Assembly: GCF_009914755.1 (NCBI RefSeq) | Contig: NC_060938.1 | Source of the DNA: the human T2T-CHM13v2.0 reference genome, Homo sapiens | DNA: 64,000 bases | Strand: one strand, 5' to 3' | Shown: positions 1-13,585 of the stretch, piece after piece | Layout: every line of letters starts with the position of its first letter | Position numbering within the stretch: position 1 is the first letter of the stretch | The notes under the pieces: generated by a model | Database searches by the model: none | What the model was told of the DNA's origin: nothing | What the model saw: the letters and a program-made list of their open reading frames with translations, nothing else | Made by a program: the position numbers and the translations under genes

Positions 1-767
1 AGTAATCAACACACATAGAAAGGGTATATATTTTATAATCCCATTTATACAAAGTTCAAACACAGGCAAAATTAATCAAAGGCGATAGAGGTTATAAAAG
101 AGGTTAGCTTTAGACGTTTTGTTGGGAGGAGTGAGGAAGTCATCTGAGGCATTGTTAATGTTCTGTCTCCATCTGGTTGGAAGTTTACATAAGCAAAAAT
201 TCAATCAGCTGTAAATTTAGGTTTGCAATAAATGTTTCAAACATTTGTATTGTTTAATATTTTTGAAGTCTAGAGAACTTTCATACATTAATAAAGAAAA
301 TATGATAAACATTCAGAAATTAAAGTGATGAACATGCAATTTTTAGAATTAAAATATGTGTGACTAATAAAAATCTGAAAAGATGTTCATCCACAGTGCT
401 GCTAAGGCAAATGCAAACTAAAATGTACTATCATTATTATACATCATATTTGAAAAATTATCATTAAAATTGAAGAATGATATTATCTAGTGTAGGAAAG
501 AATATGAAAATAGCATCACATACATGGCTCATGGAAGTATACATTACTACAGTTTTTTGGGGGAGAAATACCTGTCCACATTTGTCTCAGAAATTTTACT
601 TTCAGCCTCTGTCTCTTACATATACTGAATAGCAGTCTGAAGAAATATGAACAAATTGTTCACTGTAGAATCTTTTATTATAATGATAAAATAGATGATC
701 TACAACCCCATTGATAGAATATTTTATTATAACATACCATATTTGATGGTTTTATTATCATATATCA

Positions 768-955
<188 letters not shown>

Positions 956-3611
956 TTAGAGCTGAATATAGCACACGAAATCACATCCACGGTATATTAC
1001 TGTATTGAGGAAAGCCTTTCTCGCTCTTTCTCTTCCCTCTCTTCCCCTCTCAGTGGTATAGAGGCAGAAAAAGAACAAAGTGGAAACTTTTATATTTACT
1101 TAAGACATTTTTGTAATATTAAACAAAATTAAATTAAATCTAACGTCAATAATTCTGATTAGAAAAGGTACTCCAGATAAAGCAGTACAAGCAAAGGTGT
1201 ACTGGTAGAAGAAATGCAAGGCCCTTCAAGCCAAATTTTCCTTAATGTTTCATCACCCTTTCCACTAACCTCAGCCATGTGGGCCAGGGGGACCCTTACC
1301 TCTCTATAAAATCCAGCTGACATTATTACAACTCTCAGATCTTCTTTTCCTCTTCTATTAATTGCTTTCTACCCTCACATCCCATATATTTTTATGTTTC
1401 ATAATTTCTGAAAAAGGATTGATTAAAAATTTTTAATGATTTCCTTTGTGATTTGACTGTGAGTAGCTGAATCTTGAAATCCCTAAACATCAAAATTTCG
1501 TAATGGTGGCCAGTGTAACCAGGGGTTTTCATCTTAATTCATTAATTTTCTTGGTCTATAATATCTAGGATGGTTGTATACTGTTAATGTGCCAGGAGTC
1601 CATGACTGCAGGACCTAAGAATTTACAGACAAGAAGGTATGTAATTTGACTTAAAATCTATTATACTGACAGCCTTTCTTCATGCTCCTGTCATCAGGGC
1701 CTACCTGCAGAAGTAGTATTCAATGCTAATTGTGCTCTTTTTCAATATAATATTGTCTATGCAATGTTATATTGTGTAAATCAAACAATGCATTTTTAAA
1801 AGGTTTTAAGAGTATATGGCTAGCAAAATTAACAATCTTTGCTTCTGAGAATTGGGAAGATAATTATTTTCTTCATGTTTTTCATGATTCTGAAAGTGAG
1901 ATTATTTGATGTTATATCTAGACAACTTTTACTCTCAAAACAAGTTAAATGGATTATAATTAAGAGAAATTATTACCTGAAATGTTAAGTAATAATTAAG
2001 TTGCAGAAAGAGAAAAAATCCATTTTTTGGATTTTTGTATATAAGAATAAAATGTCATAAACCCTACAGATATGCATAGGAACTCTCAGTAGGTAAGAAG
2101 AAAGTCTCAATTGTTAAGGTGAATTTTTATAAATATTTTATTGCCTTTACATGTAGTCTAGTGTCTTATATAATTTAACTTTTCTGTATATATAGATTGT
2201 ATCATATTTTAAGTATAGTTTTGTGTCCTGTTTTTTCTTTTATTATGTGACCATTTTCTAAAGTTAATAAATATTTTTTAAACACCAGTTCAACAAACTA
2301 ATATTTAAATTTGGAAGTTTTACCTCATAGTGTCTTGATATTTTTAACTCTTACATATAATTGATGTAATCTTTATATTTACATCATTGCCTTAAATAAG
2401 GAATATGTAAATTTTATTATTTTTAAGCTAACTTTTGTTTAGTTTAAAATTATTTTTTTAATATTTTTATCCTCGTCGATTTGCCTAAATGAAAGTATAC
2501 CGTTTATAGATTTAACAGTGGCATAAACTAAAATAAGGTGAATAAAATTCAATATTTAAACAATAAATTGCTATCTAACTATTATGTCTTAAGTCTTCAA
2601 AATGTTGCTCTGTGTATGGCACAACTTAACTATAGAATTTGAGTGAATAACAGCTATCACAAAACACCAAAAACACCCCTCCCCGCAGTTCTCCGTGGAC
2701 CATCACCCATTTCAACTCATACAGTAGCATGTTCCAGCTATTGTTTATGTAAATGGAAAAAATATACACAACATACAAATTGCTATTTTTATCTCAGAGA
2801 AATAGTTGATTTTTATTTGATTTGATAGACTAGTCAAAGGAGAGTCATTTCAATGCATGAATAACCATTTTATAATTATATTTAGATCATTATAAGCATA
2901 ATGTGTACCTATATGCCCACAGGTATGATTTAAGATAAGAAATATATCATTTACAATAATAAACTGGAAATAAGTGTATTATAGAATATGGTAAGCTGAA
3001 GAGGCATATCAAAGAAAATATACTAAGAGGTCATTGAACTAGCAATAATCCCAAGTGGAATGTGATCTTTCCTGTAGCTATGTGCACAGGTTAGAGTCCT
3101 ACAAGAGTTTTCTTGATGGCAAAGGGTACAGGGATTCCCTTTTCTCAAATAAAAGCTCTACAGATCTAATGTCCATTTACTGGAATCTGAAATTCTACCT
3201 TTGATTTTATTTTTTCCCCAAATATTCTTATTAAAAAAAAATTTCAGAAAAATATAACATTTCTTGAGACTGAATGTGGAAAAGGAGAGAGAAGTAATGT
3301 GTTGAATGTTGGAAGACAGAAATGCATCATGTGGAAGTTAGTAGCTTGGAGCCAGGTAACTTCATGTTCTAATCAACCTTGGCCATGTCATCAGTGTCTT
3401 GAGGTTGCAGCTGGTGAAATAATATACATTTATATTAGGTAAGGAGAAAATAATTTCTTCCAGCTAATTAATCAGGATGTATCTTAGAGGATGAAAAATC
3501 TCTCTTTTGAAATGAGCAGAGTCTTGTATTTGATATGAATTACCTCATTCATTTTAAATGTCACTAATGCCCTATTGTTTAATCTCTTTGATCTAGGTAG
3601 AGCCAGATCAA

Positions 3612-4554
3612 ATGGATAAAAACCAAACAGAAGTGATGAGAGAATTTTTCTTGTCAGGGTTCTCACAGACACCATCTATTGAAGCAGGACTATTTGTACT
3701 ATTTCTTTTCTTCTATATGTCCATTTGGGTTGGCAATGTCCTCATCATGGTCACAGTAGCATCTGATAAATACCTGAATTCATCACCCATGTATTTCCTT
3801 CTTGGCAACCTCTCATTTCTGGACCTATGTTATTCAACAGTAACGACCCCTAAGCTTCTGGCTGACTTCTTTAATCATGAAAAACTCATTTCCTATGACC
3901 AATGCATTGTGCAACTCTTCTTCCTGCATTTTGTAGGGGCAGCTGAGATGTTCCTGCTCACAGTGATGGCGTACGATCGCTATGTTGCAATCTGTCGCCC
4001 GCTGCACTACACCACTGTCATGAGTCGGGGGTTATGCTGTGTGTTGGTTGCTGCCTCCTGGATGGGAGGATTTGTGCACTCCACTGTCCAGACCATTCTC
4101 ACTGTCCATCTACCCTTTTGTGGGCCAAATCAGGTGGAAAACTTTTTTTTGTGATGTTCCCCCTGTCATCAAACTTGCTTGTGCTGACACTTTTGTCATT
4201 GAATTGCTCATGGTATCTAACAGTGGGTTGATCTCCACCATCTCCTTTGTGGTGCTGATTTCCTCCTACACCACTATCCTAGTCAAGATTCGCTCCAAGG
4301 AAGGAAGGCGAAAGGCACTCTCCACGTGTGCCTCTCACCTCATGGTGGTAACACTGTTTTTTGGACCCTGTATTTTCATCTACGCTCGTCCTTTCTCTAC
4401 ATTTTCTGTGGACAAGATGGTGTCTGTACTCTACAATGTTATTACCCCAATGCTAAACCCCCTCATCTACACACTTCGGAACAAAGAGGTAAAGTCAGCC
4501 ATGCAGAAGCTCTGGGTCAGAAATGGGCTTACTTGGAAAAAGCAGGAGACATGA
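3612..4554 (+). pseudogene. OR4Q2: Olfactory receptor family 4, frameshifted allele (single +1 T)
   Basis: Overlapping ORFs 3612..4154 (N-glycosylation site NQT, PMYFLL, MAYDRYVAICRPLHY) and 4039..4554 ([35 protein letters not shown]). The run at 4143-4150 is T8; T7 would give NFFCD and a 313-aa frame. Candidate acceptor ctctttgatctAG at 3595-3596. Confidence 0.92.
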
Positions 4555-4919
4555 GACATTGATATGAATTTTTGAAAGTAGAAAATCTGAGGTTAAAATA
4601 ATAACTTTTCAAATAATGAGTTAGAAGGTGGTTGCCTAGTTTTTAAATTTATTTCATTAAATCAAAATAGCCCTATTATTGACTTTATCATTCAACTGTA
4701 CACTATAACTAATCTGTTTACTTTTTTATTCAATCAAATCTGATTTTTCTATCAGATTGTCTTTTTCCTCTTATGTATTCACCTCATCAAATTTTATTCC
4801 ATCCAGTATTTCCATTTAGTTTGTCATTTGGCACTGGTACAAACCACTTTTTCTAAGCCTTCACTGCCTTCTCTACCTTGCTTTATTTGTTTTTCTTCAA
4901 TTTTAACTTATTACAACTA

Positions 4920-5261
4920 CAGATGGTCCCTGAGTTATGATGATTCACCTTATAATTTTTTGTCTTTAAGATGGTGTACAAACCATACTTTGATTACTCA
5001 TGTAACCATTTTGTTTTTCACTTTCCGCACAGCATTCCATAAATTACATTCAACTCTTTATTATTATAAAATTTGCTTTGTGTTAGATGATTTTGTCTAA
5101 CTGTAGACCAGTGTCAATGTTCTGGGCATGTTTGAGGGAGGCTAGGCTAAGCTATCATGTTCAGTAGGTTAGGTTTATTAAATACATTCTTGACTTACAG
5201 TATTTTCAACTTACGGTGGGTTTATTCAGACATAAGCCCATCATAAGTTGAGGAGCATCTG
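4920..5261 (-). mobile_element. MER47A-like non-autonomous TcMar-Tigger element
   Basis: Terminal inverted repeats cagatggtccctgagttatga ... tcataagttgaggagcatctg, with TA on both sides. Internal gctaggctaagctatcatgttcagtaggttagg matches the recalled MER47A consensus. Confidence 0.85.
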
Positions 5262-5399
5262 TAGATATCTGCAGTCAATTTACAGGTATTTCTTTCTGTA
5301 CATATTTAAGAGATATCAGTTAGATGTATTAGAGTGAATTCAATTTATGACTATATAACAACAAGCTAATGAAATATATTAGTTTCATCACCTTATCAC

Positions 5400-5620
5400 A
5401 TGTAGTAGAGAAAGCAGTTGCCTAATATTGTGGGTTCAAATATCCCTCTTTGAATCACAATTCATGTAAACCTCAAAATTTTTTTACGCCTTGAAGCCCG
5501 CATTTCCTCATACATAGCATGCATAAAATGATGTGTACCTCTCAGTGCTGATGTGAAGACGAAAAATGAAAACAGACATGAATATGTCTACTATGGTGCC
5601 TGCCTCATACATAACACAGT
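5400..5620 (-). mobile_element. MIR-like fragment
   Basis: Degenerate similarity only (ctatggtgcctgcctcatacataa). Strand and boundaries uncertain. Confidence 0.35.
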
Positions 5621-6364
5621 TCAAAAATAATTTATTCATTAAAGATGATTTTTTCAATGATATAGGGTATAGAAGGTTAAGTTCTACACTGGCTGACTTA
5701 CCACATTGCAACAACAGTTTGATCTGCCAGTTTGTGCAGGATACTCGAAAGTGTATATAAATGAGTTCATGACATTTTCACATTTGTCAATTATTGGAAA
5801 GTTTATTTTATATTACTGTCATCATCATCAACAATAAACCCCTCGACATTAGTTGTATCCTTAAGTTGTATTAAGACAAATTCATAGGCCTGTTTACTGT
5901 TTACCAAATCTTTATAACTAAAGATAAAAAATTAAATCGACATTCAAGTTTACAACAAACTGAACAAAAATAAAATATAAAATACAAATGAACCGTGAAG
6001 TATTTTCATTCTTACAGCTTTTTTAGTCTTTGGATTTTAAAGCAATCATAGTAACAAATCTGTGTGACAAAGACAGAAGCCAAAGAGGTTTGGTAAATTT
6101 ATTACTGACTGAGCTTTTATCTTTATTATCTTTATACTCCCCAAACTAACTTAAATACCTAAAATAAATAAAATGGGACAAAAATGTGTTAAATAAATGC
6201 AGGAGGCTTCTATATTTTTTCTCATCAATGTGGCATTGACAACAAAAGAAATATTTTAGAGAGGTTTTCTTATTTCATACTTAGTAAAAATAACTTGTAA
6301 AATTTTCATTGAGACATAGAAACACTTTCAGAGATGTTAAAGATGCAAGAATTCATCAAACTTG

Positions 6365-6972
6365 TATTTTATTTTATAAATTATTGGATATATGTGCAGA
6401 ACGTGCAGGTTTGTTACACAGGTATACATGTGCCATGGTGTTTTGTTGCACCTATCAACCCATCATCTAGGTTTTAAGCCCCGCAGGCATTAGGTATTTG
6501 TCCTAATGCACTCCTTCCCCTTTCCCCTCACCCCCCGACAGGCCCTGGTGTGTGGTTTTCTCCTCCCTGTGTCCATGTGTTCTCACTGTTCAGCTCCCAC
6601 TTATAAGTGGGAACATGTGGTGTTTGGTTTTCTGTTCCTGACTTAGTTAGCTGAGGATAATGGTTTCTGGCTCCATCCATGTCCCTGCAAAGAACATGAT
6701 CTCGTTCCTTTTTATGGCTGCATAGTATTCCATAGTGTATATGCAACACATTTTCTTTGTCCAGTCTATCATTGATTGGCATTTGGGTTCATTCCATGTC
6801 TTTGCTATTGTGAATAGTGCTGCAATGAACATATGTGTGCATGTATCTTTATAATAGAATGACTTGTATTTTGGGGGGTATATACCCAGTAATGGGATTG
6901 CTGGGTCAAATGGTATTTCTGGTTCTAGGTCTTTGAGGAATCACTGCACTATCTTCCACAATGGTTGAACTA
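6365..6972 (-). mobile_element. L1PA 3' end (end of ORF2 plus 3'UTR), 5'-truncated
   Basis: ORF 6647..6832 MFIAALFTIAKTWNEPKCQSMIDWTKK is the L1 ORF2 C-terminus. Typical 3'UTR gtgcaggtttgttacacaggtatacatgtgcc and a T-rich tail at the left. Confidence 0.93.
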
Positions 6973-7369
6973 AACAAATTTTAAAAATGTATAGGAACAC
7001 ATCTAATGATTGATACATTTACATCTAAAATCCAATATACAATGTTCCTGTTCAAATAAAACATGAAGCTCAGATTTTTTTAAAAAAAAAATTACTAATT
7101 TTGACAGTGTGGGGTCAGCTTATAATGAAATAACAATCCCTAAAATATTATTCACTTAACACAACAAATATTTATTTTATATTCATGCAACAATAATAAC
7201 ATGGGATGCATGTCAGTCATTGATCTCTGCTTATTGTAGTCACCAACAGATTCATGCTGATGAAGGATTTACCTCAACATGTAATTTCATTACTGCTTGG
7301 GTAGGAAAACAGCCACATGGTGAATCTCACCCTGGCTCTTGAATCTTCTCATATTGCATTGACCAAATG

Positions 7370-8310
7370 AATTATACCAATAAGTTTAATAATTTGAAAA
7401 ACATGGAAAAACTTCTTTAAAATATGACTATTCAAGGCACTCTGCAGAAGACTTGGAAAATCTATAATGGGCTGGGATTTATTAAAAATATATTAAATCT
7501 ATTCTTAAATTCCTTCCCACAAAGAAAACTCACATTAGCGAATTCTTTAAACACACAAGAAAAACATAGCACCAATGTTGTACAAACTCTTCCTGTAAGT
7601 AAATAAATAGAGAATACTTTTTATTTCTTTTTGTCACCAGCATGTCTTAAATTTCAAAATCTGACCATAATGTCATAATAATAATAAATTAATTATAAAT
7701 TAATATCACCTATGAACATAAATGTAATGATCATTTAAATAATTAGCAAATTGTATCTATTGATATGTAGAAAGATAATACAATATGAACCACTTGTCTT
7801 ACTCCAGATTTGTAAGACTAGTTGAAAATTAAAAAATCAATCCATGTAATTAACTATGTTTACAAATTGATAGATGTAGTAAATTATTGCAAAGTTCAAT
7901 AACAATTTATTAAAAAAGATATCAAATTTGTAAACTACTAATCACAAGTAAACTTATGCTAGGGAATCCTTAATCTGATAAAGAGTATCCACAAAATAAT
8001 TCTAAAATAAATATTATGCTCACTGTTGAAATATTAAAGACTTTCACCTTGAAACTAAGAAACAAATAATACTTGATATTGTCACCATAATTCAACATTA
8101 TTCTGGAGGCTTAGGCAGTGTAATGAGACAAGAAAAAAAATAGAATGGTATAAGAAATGGAGAGGAAGGAATCACATATTCATTATTAACAAATGTCACA
8201 GTATGTGTATATAGATAATTGAAGAGAATGTACAGAAAGTCAAATTAATAAATGAAGTTAGCATAATCACTGAATATGACAAAGTCAATAGTCTGAAAAT
8301 AAATTGTAGA
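7370..8310 (+). mobile_element. Old L1M ORF2 (RT region) remnant
   Basis: A-rich degenerate ORF2-like sequence, e.g. aattagcaaatt, aaatcaatccatgtaatt, ttcaacattattctggagg, gagacaagaaaaaaaatagaatgg. Confidence 0.7.
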
Positions 8311-9469
8311 CTCCCAGTTCTGGGGTAAAATGGAATAGATATACTTTCCCCTATTCATGCTACTATGCACAACCAAAAACTCTGGATATTATATAATGCA
8401 AACATTAAAAAAAAGAAGAAACTCTGAAAGATCGAGGCAGCAAATTAGGTAGAAACTTCAAGACCCAATACATGGCACGATAATTTCCCTTTTTGCATTT
8501 TTTATTTCTTTTAATTTGCCTCATATAAGTCCAATTGGGTGTTGGAGAAACCAGCAGCCCAGAAACACCAACAGATGCAGACATAAATAGCCCCCCAAGC
8601 CCCCCAGCCAAAAAAAAAAAGCCCACTATCTTTAACCAGAGGACAAGAAAAGGAGAAGCCTGGAAAGATAGAAAACTTCAAGACAATAACTGCTCTCCAT
8701 CCACAAAAGGCCACAAATAAATGATGGCCTATCTTCCCCCAAAATAAAGTAAGGAGTCCAGATTTCTAACCTTTCTGGTAGTAATAACCTTCTTCCCATT
8801 GGTGTCATTAGAGACCACGTGAAGAGCCGGTAATTCTACTCCATCAAGTGAGGTAATTTTCTCCTCACTGCCAAGGTGATATCAAAGAAGGTTGAGTTGG
8901 AAGCCAAGCTGCCAAAACCTTCCAGCAGTAAAGAGTACCCCCTCACCACAGTGTCAGTTGAGGTCATACAGGGAGTAATAAGAAGATGACCTTTTCCCTG
9001 ACAGCCAGCAGAGACCTAGTAAGGAGATTGGACCCTCACCTCTGCCCAGCAGTAATGAAGCACCCTGCTGGGCCTTCTCTATAGAATCAACAGAGGCCAA
9101 GAAGGGAATCTAATTTCTACTTCCATTTTGCAGATGGCACAGTGCCAGATGAAGCCTGCTGAAACAAAAGATTTAAATAGTATCCAGAGTCTCATTACAT
9201 TGAAATATCTAAGATTAATTTAAAAAACAGAAACAGAAACTCTCACCATACAAACCAGAAAAATCTCAGCTAGAATGAAAAAATAGTGAATAGATGCCAA
9301 TTCTAAGATAAAACAGATACTAAAATTATCATAAAATTCTTCAATGAGAAATTACAAGCATGTTTGAAGAAAATACAAAATAAAAAGTCTCAGGAAATAA
9401 ATAGAAGACATAAAAAAGAAACAAATGGAAGTGGAGGTTTTATTATAGAACTGAAAAATGCCATAACAG

Positions 9470-9800
9470 AAAGAAAGAAAAAGAGAGGGAGACAGAAGGA
9501 AGGGAGGTAGGGAGGGAGGAAAAGAAGGAAGGAGGGAGGGAGGGAGGGAGGGAGGGAGGGAGGAAGGGAGGGAGGGAGGGAGGGAGGAAGGAAGGAAGGG
9601 AGGGAGGGAGGGAGGGAGGGAGGAAGGGAGGGAGGGAGGGAGGGAGGGAGGAAGGGAGGGAGGGAGGGAGGGAGGAAAAGAAGGAAGGAAGGAGGGAGGG
9701 AGGGAGGGAGGGAGGGAGGGAGGGAGGGAAGGAGGGAGGAAGGGAGGGAGGGAGGGAGGGAGGGAGGAATGGAGGGAAGGAAAAAGGAAGAAGAAATACA
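9470..9800 (+). repeat. (GGGA)n/(GGAA)n polypurine microsatellite, about 330 bp
   Basis: Seen directly: an almost purine-only strand of gggagggagggagg... with ggaa and aaaaga variants. Confidence 0.97.
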
Positions 9801-10917
9801 GAACAGCAAGGAAGAAGGACACCTCAATGAATGGAATTAAAAGCATACTTGGGAGGACAGAGGGAAGAAGCAGTAAACTTGAAGACAAAACAATAAACAT
9901 TAAAAATGTTGAGAATCCTAGAACACCAAAAGAAAAAAAAATAAAAAGAAAAATATGTGTAAATACAATAGCCTTTATTTCTCCTGAGTTTTCCAAATTG
10001 AATTTGACAGTTAAAGCAAACATTATTGCATTGTTTATTGTTGTACCCAATGTACATAAATAGTTAAGACAATTTTGTATTTAAAGTATGGGAGGATAAA
10101 GAGACTGAAAGAATAAGATTTCTATACTATACTTGAACTGGTAAACTGGTTACATAATGTAATACCTAGAATGACCACCAAGAAACCTGTAGAAAGAGAT
10201 ACACCAAAAACTCTATAGATAGATCAAAATAAAATTCTAAAAAAATATTACAGTCACCCACAGGATAGTAGGGAAAATAGAACAAATTAAAAATGAGGGA
10301 AGAAACCAAAATCAAAAATAAAATAGGTGACTTAATCCTAACATATCAATATTACTTTAGATATAAATGGTTTAAATTCACCAATTTCAAGACAGAGATT
10401 CGCAAAGTAGAAAAAATTGACCTTTTACATGCTATCTATAAGAAACTCAATTCAAATATAACGACACAAGTGTGTGAAAATAAAAAGATGAAATACGATG
10501 CACCATGCAGACATTAATCAAAAAGATGTTAGAGTAACTGTTTTAATATCAGGTATATTCAGAGCAAAGAAAATTACCAGGGACAGAGTAAGATATAACA
10601 CAATGATAAAAGGGACAAGCCATAGCAATTCTAAATATGAATGTACCAAACAAGTGAGTTACAAATTATGTGAAATGAAAACTGATAAGACTGAAAGAAT
10701 AGACAAATCTACAATTATAATTAGATACTTCAACATGCCTGTTTACACAATTAATAGAAATAGTTCCTTAAGTATATAGAAGAATTCAACAACACTAACA
10801 ACCAACATGACCTAATTGACATTTGTAGGACACTCCATCAATGACATGAGAATGCACATCCCTTTCAAACACCCACAGAACCTTTATCAAGATAGGTTAT
10901 ATCCTGAAACATAACAC

Positions 10918-11332
10918 AACAACCTAAATGTCCATTAATGATAGACTGGATAAAGAAATGTGGTACATATACACCATGGAATACTATGTAGCCATAAAAA
11001 AGTAAGAGATCATGTCCTTTGCAGGGACATGGATGGAGCTGGAGGCCATTATCCTTGGCAAATACAGTTACAGAAAACCAAATACCACATGTTCTCTAAG
11101 TGGAAGCTAAATGAAGAGAACAAGTGGACACATAAAGAGGAACAACAGACATTGGGTCCTATGGGAGGATGAAGGGTAGGAAGAGTGAGGGGATCAGGAA
11201 AAATAACTAATGGGTACTAGGATTAATACCTGTGTGATGAAATAATCTATACAACAAACCCCCTTGACACAAGTTTACCTATGTAACAAACCTGCACATG
11301 TACCCCTGAACTTAAAATAAAAGTAAAAAACA
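10918..11332 (+). mobile_element. Older L1PA 3' end nested in L1M
   Basis: caacctaaatgtccattaatgatagactggataaag...aacaaacctgcacatgtacccctgaacttaaaataaaag followed by an A tail. Confidence 0.9.
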
Positions 11333-12125
11333 ATATTAAAATTGTATGACATTTGCCACAAGCCATCAAAATAAAACTGTACAGCTTTGAAAACAAACTA
11401 AAAAAATGTAAAATAATTGAAATCATATGGAAGATGTTCTCTAGCTGTGATTCATTCAGACAACAAAGCAAGAATAGAAAGATAAGAAAATCTCCAAACA
11501 CTTGGAAACAATCCAAATCACTTATAAATAAGACATGGTCATAGAAACAAAATTCAAATGAAATAAAAAATACATTGAACTGAATTAAAATGAAAATATA
11601 ATATACCAAAATTCAGAGGACAAAGCAAAAGGAATACTGAGAGGAAAATTTATACCACTAAGTGCTGATATTATTATTCTTTTTTGATATTGTTCCATGT
11701 ATCATTGTTTTAGTGCTTTTCTTTTGGTTACATTTCATTTTTGCATTTCCAGTGTATAGAAATACAATTGACTTTCAAAAGCTTTTTATTTTAAAACATC
11801 GAGCCACAGAATGTTGCAAAATATAATGTAGGCATACCATTCCTAGATAGAACATCAGATTCTAGATATTGGAAACTGGGAAGAAAAGGTTGCTAAAATG
11901 AAATCTTAGAGTTGCAGAAGTTAGTCACCACCTTGTGCATGATCCACAGGTCACTCATGATGGTGGGAGTCACAAAAGCCAATGTTTGGGGATACATTTT
12001 CTTTAAAAGTCTCTTTGACTTCATCCTCTTCAAACTGCATCTGAGTTCAAACAGGAAGAGATAAAAGTGAAAAAATAGTTTGCCCGTTTATAGGAAAGAC
12101 ATTTTACTTCATATGAAAACCCTTA

Positions 12126-12443
<318 letters not shown>

Positions 12444-13434
12444 TTAAATTTGGAGCTCTCCTATGAAAATTTAGCATTTAAAATGACTTACATTAGTAAG
12501 AGTCTTCAGACAAAATAATTTGATTTTAACATTGTTTTAATATTCATGTTGAAGAAAAGCATGAATATATCAAAGAGAATTAGGAGAGGAAGCAGCAAAT
12601 ATCTTAATGATTGCAGTTAGAGACAAGGAGGGATATTTAAGATTCCTTCAATTTCACAGAAACTTATCATTGACCTCGTCTTATAACCATCAATAATGTA
12701 TTTTAGGAGGTTGCGTTTTTTAAAAATCAGTATATCCTAATGATGTATTTCTAGGATGATTAATTATGAAAATGCATCCTGGTCCACTAATAAGAGTCTT
12801 ATATGTTAAGAAAACCTTTCCAACCTTTCCTTAATAGCATTTACTCCTGCAGATAACATCAGCAATTATTCAGTGGTTCTAAGTCATAACAGTGAATGAG
12901 AATCACCTGAGGCAGTTTATAGTAAATAGCAGATTTCTGGGATTGGTTCCTAAAGTTCAAATTCAGCGGGCCAATTATGGAACCACATTATTTGCATTTT
13001 AAAACATTCACTGTAATACGTATTTAACTTACCTCATTTCAAAATCAGAAAATGAGTTTTGTAAATGCTTCCTCAAAATTCAGGAAGGTTCCTCTAATTT
13101 GAAATCTGTGGCTTCCTACGAACTGACGGTGACAAGTTCTCTGCAAATGCACATTGTTTATGAAAAACAAAAATTGGTGACTTCTCTCAAATTTCACTAA
13201 CCTATCAATAGCCATGTTTACACAGTCCAGACTACTAGTTAAACCCCAGGAATGTCTGCGCTTAGAGAGTGCAGTGATCCACATTTATCTTTATGGATCT
13301 GGACAAAGCAATGTGGAGAGTTGAGCAGAGATTAGGAATGGAGCATGAGCCATTGGATAGTTCTGAGAAGTCAGAAACACCTTATGGGATCTGGTATATA
13401 TTTGGGCATTTACAAGATGACGATTCCTATGCTA

Positions 13435-13585
13435 AACACACACACGCTGACTGTATATATATATTTATATATGCATACACACAGTATATATACATACTAT
13501 ATATCATATATATTTATAGTGCATAAAACATATACACACTATATATTATAGATATATTTTAATATATAATTATATATATATAATT
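13435..13585. repeat. (TA/CA)-rich low-complexity repeat
   Basis: Seen directly. Confidence 0.85.

Larger units (their letters stand above)
8310..11670 (+). mobile_element. Old L1M 5' region/ORF1/ORF2-endonuclease remnant, interrupted by a GGGA repeat and a younger L1 3' end
   Basis: EN-like remnants (tataaatggtttaaattcaccaatt, atagacaaatctacaattataattagatacttcaac, gacctaattgacatttgtaggacactccat). ORF 10498..10779 has IDKSTIIIRYFNMP, similar to the L1 EN motif TIIVGDFNTP. Confidence 0.7.

Noticed and set aside
9352-10050. 232-aa and 145-aa Pro/Ser/Leu-rich ORFs on the minus strand
   Set aside because: They are translations of the (CCCT)n microsatellite and flanking L1 sequence, open only because the repeat has no stop codons.
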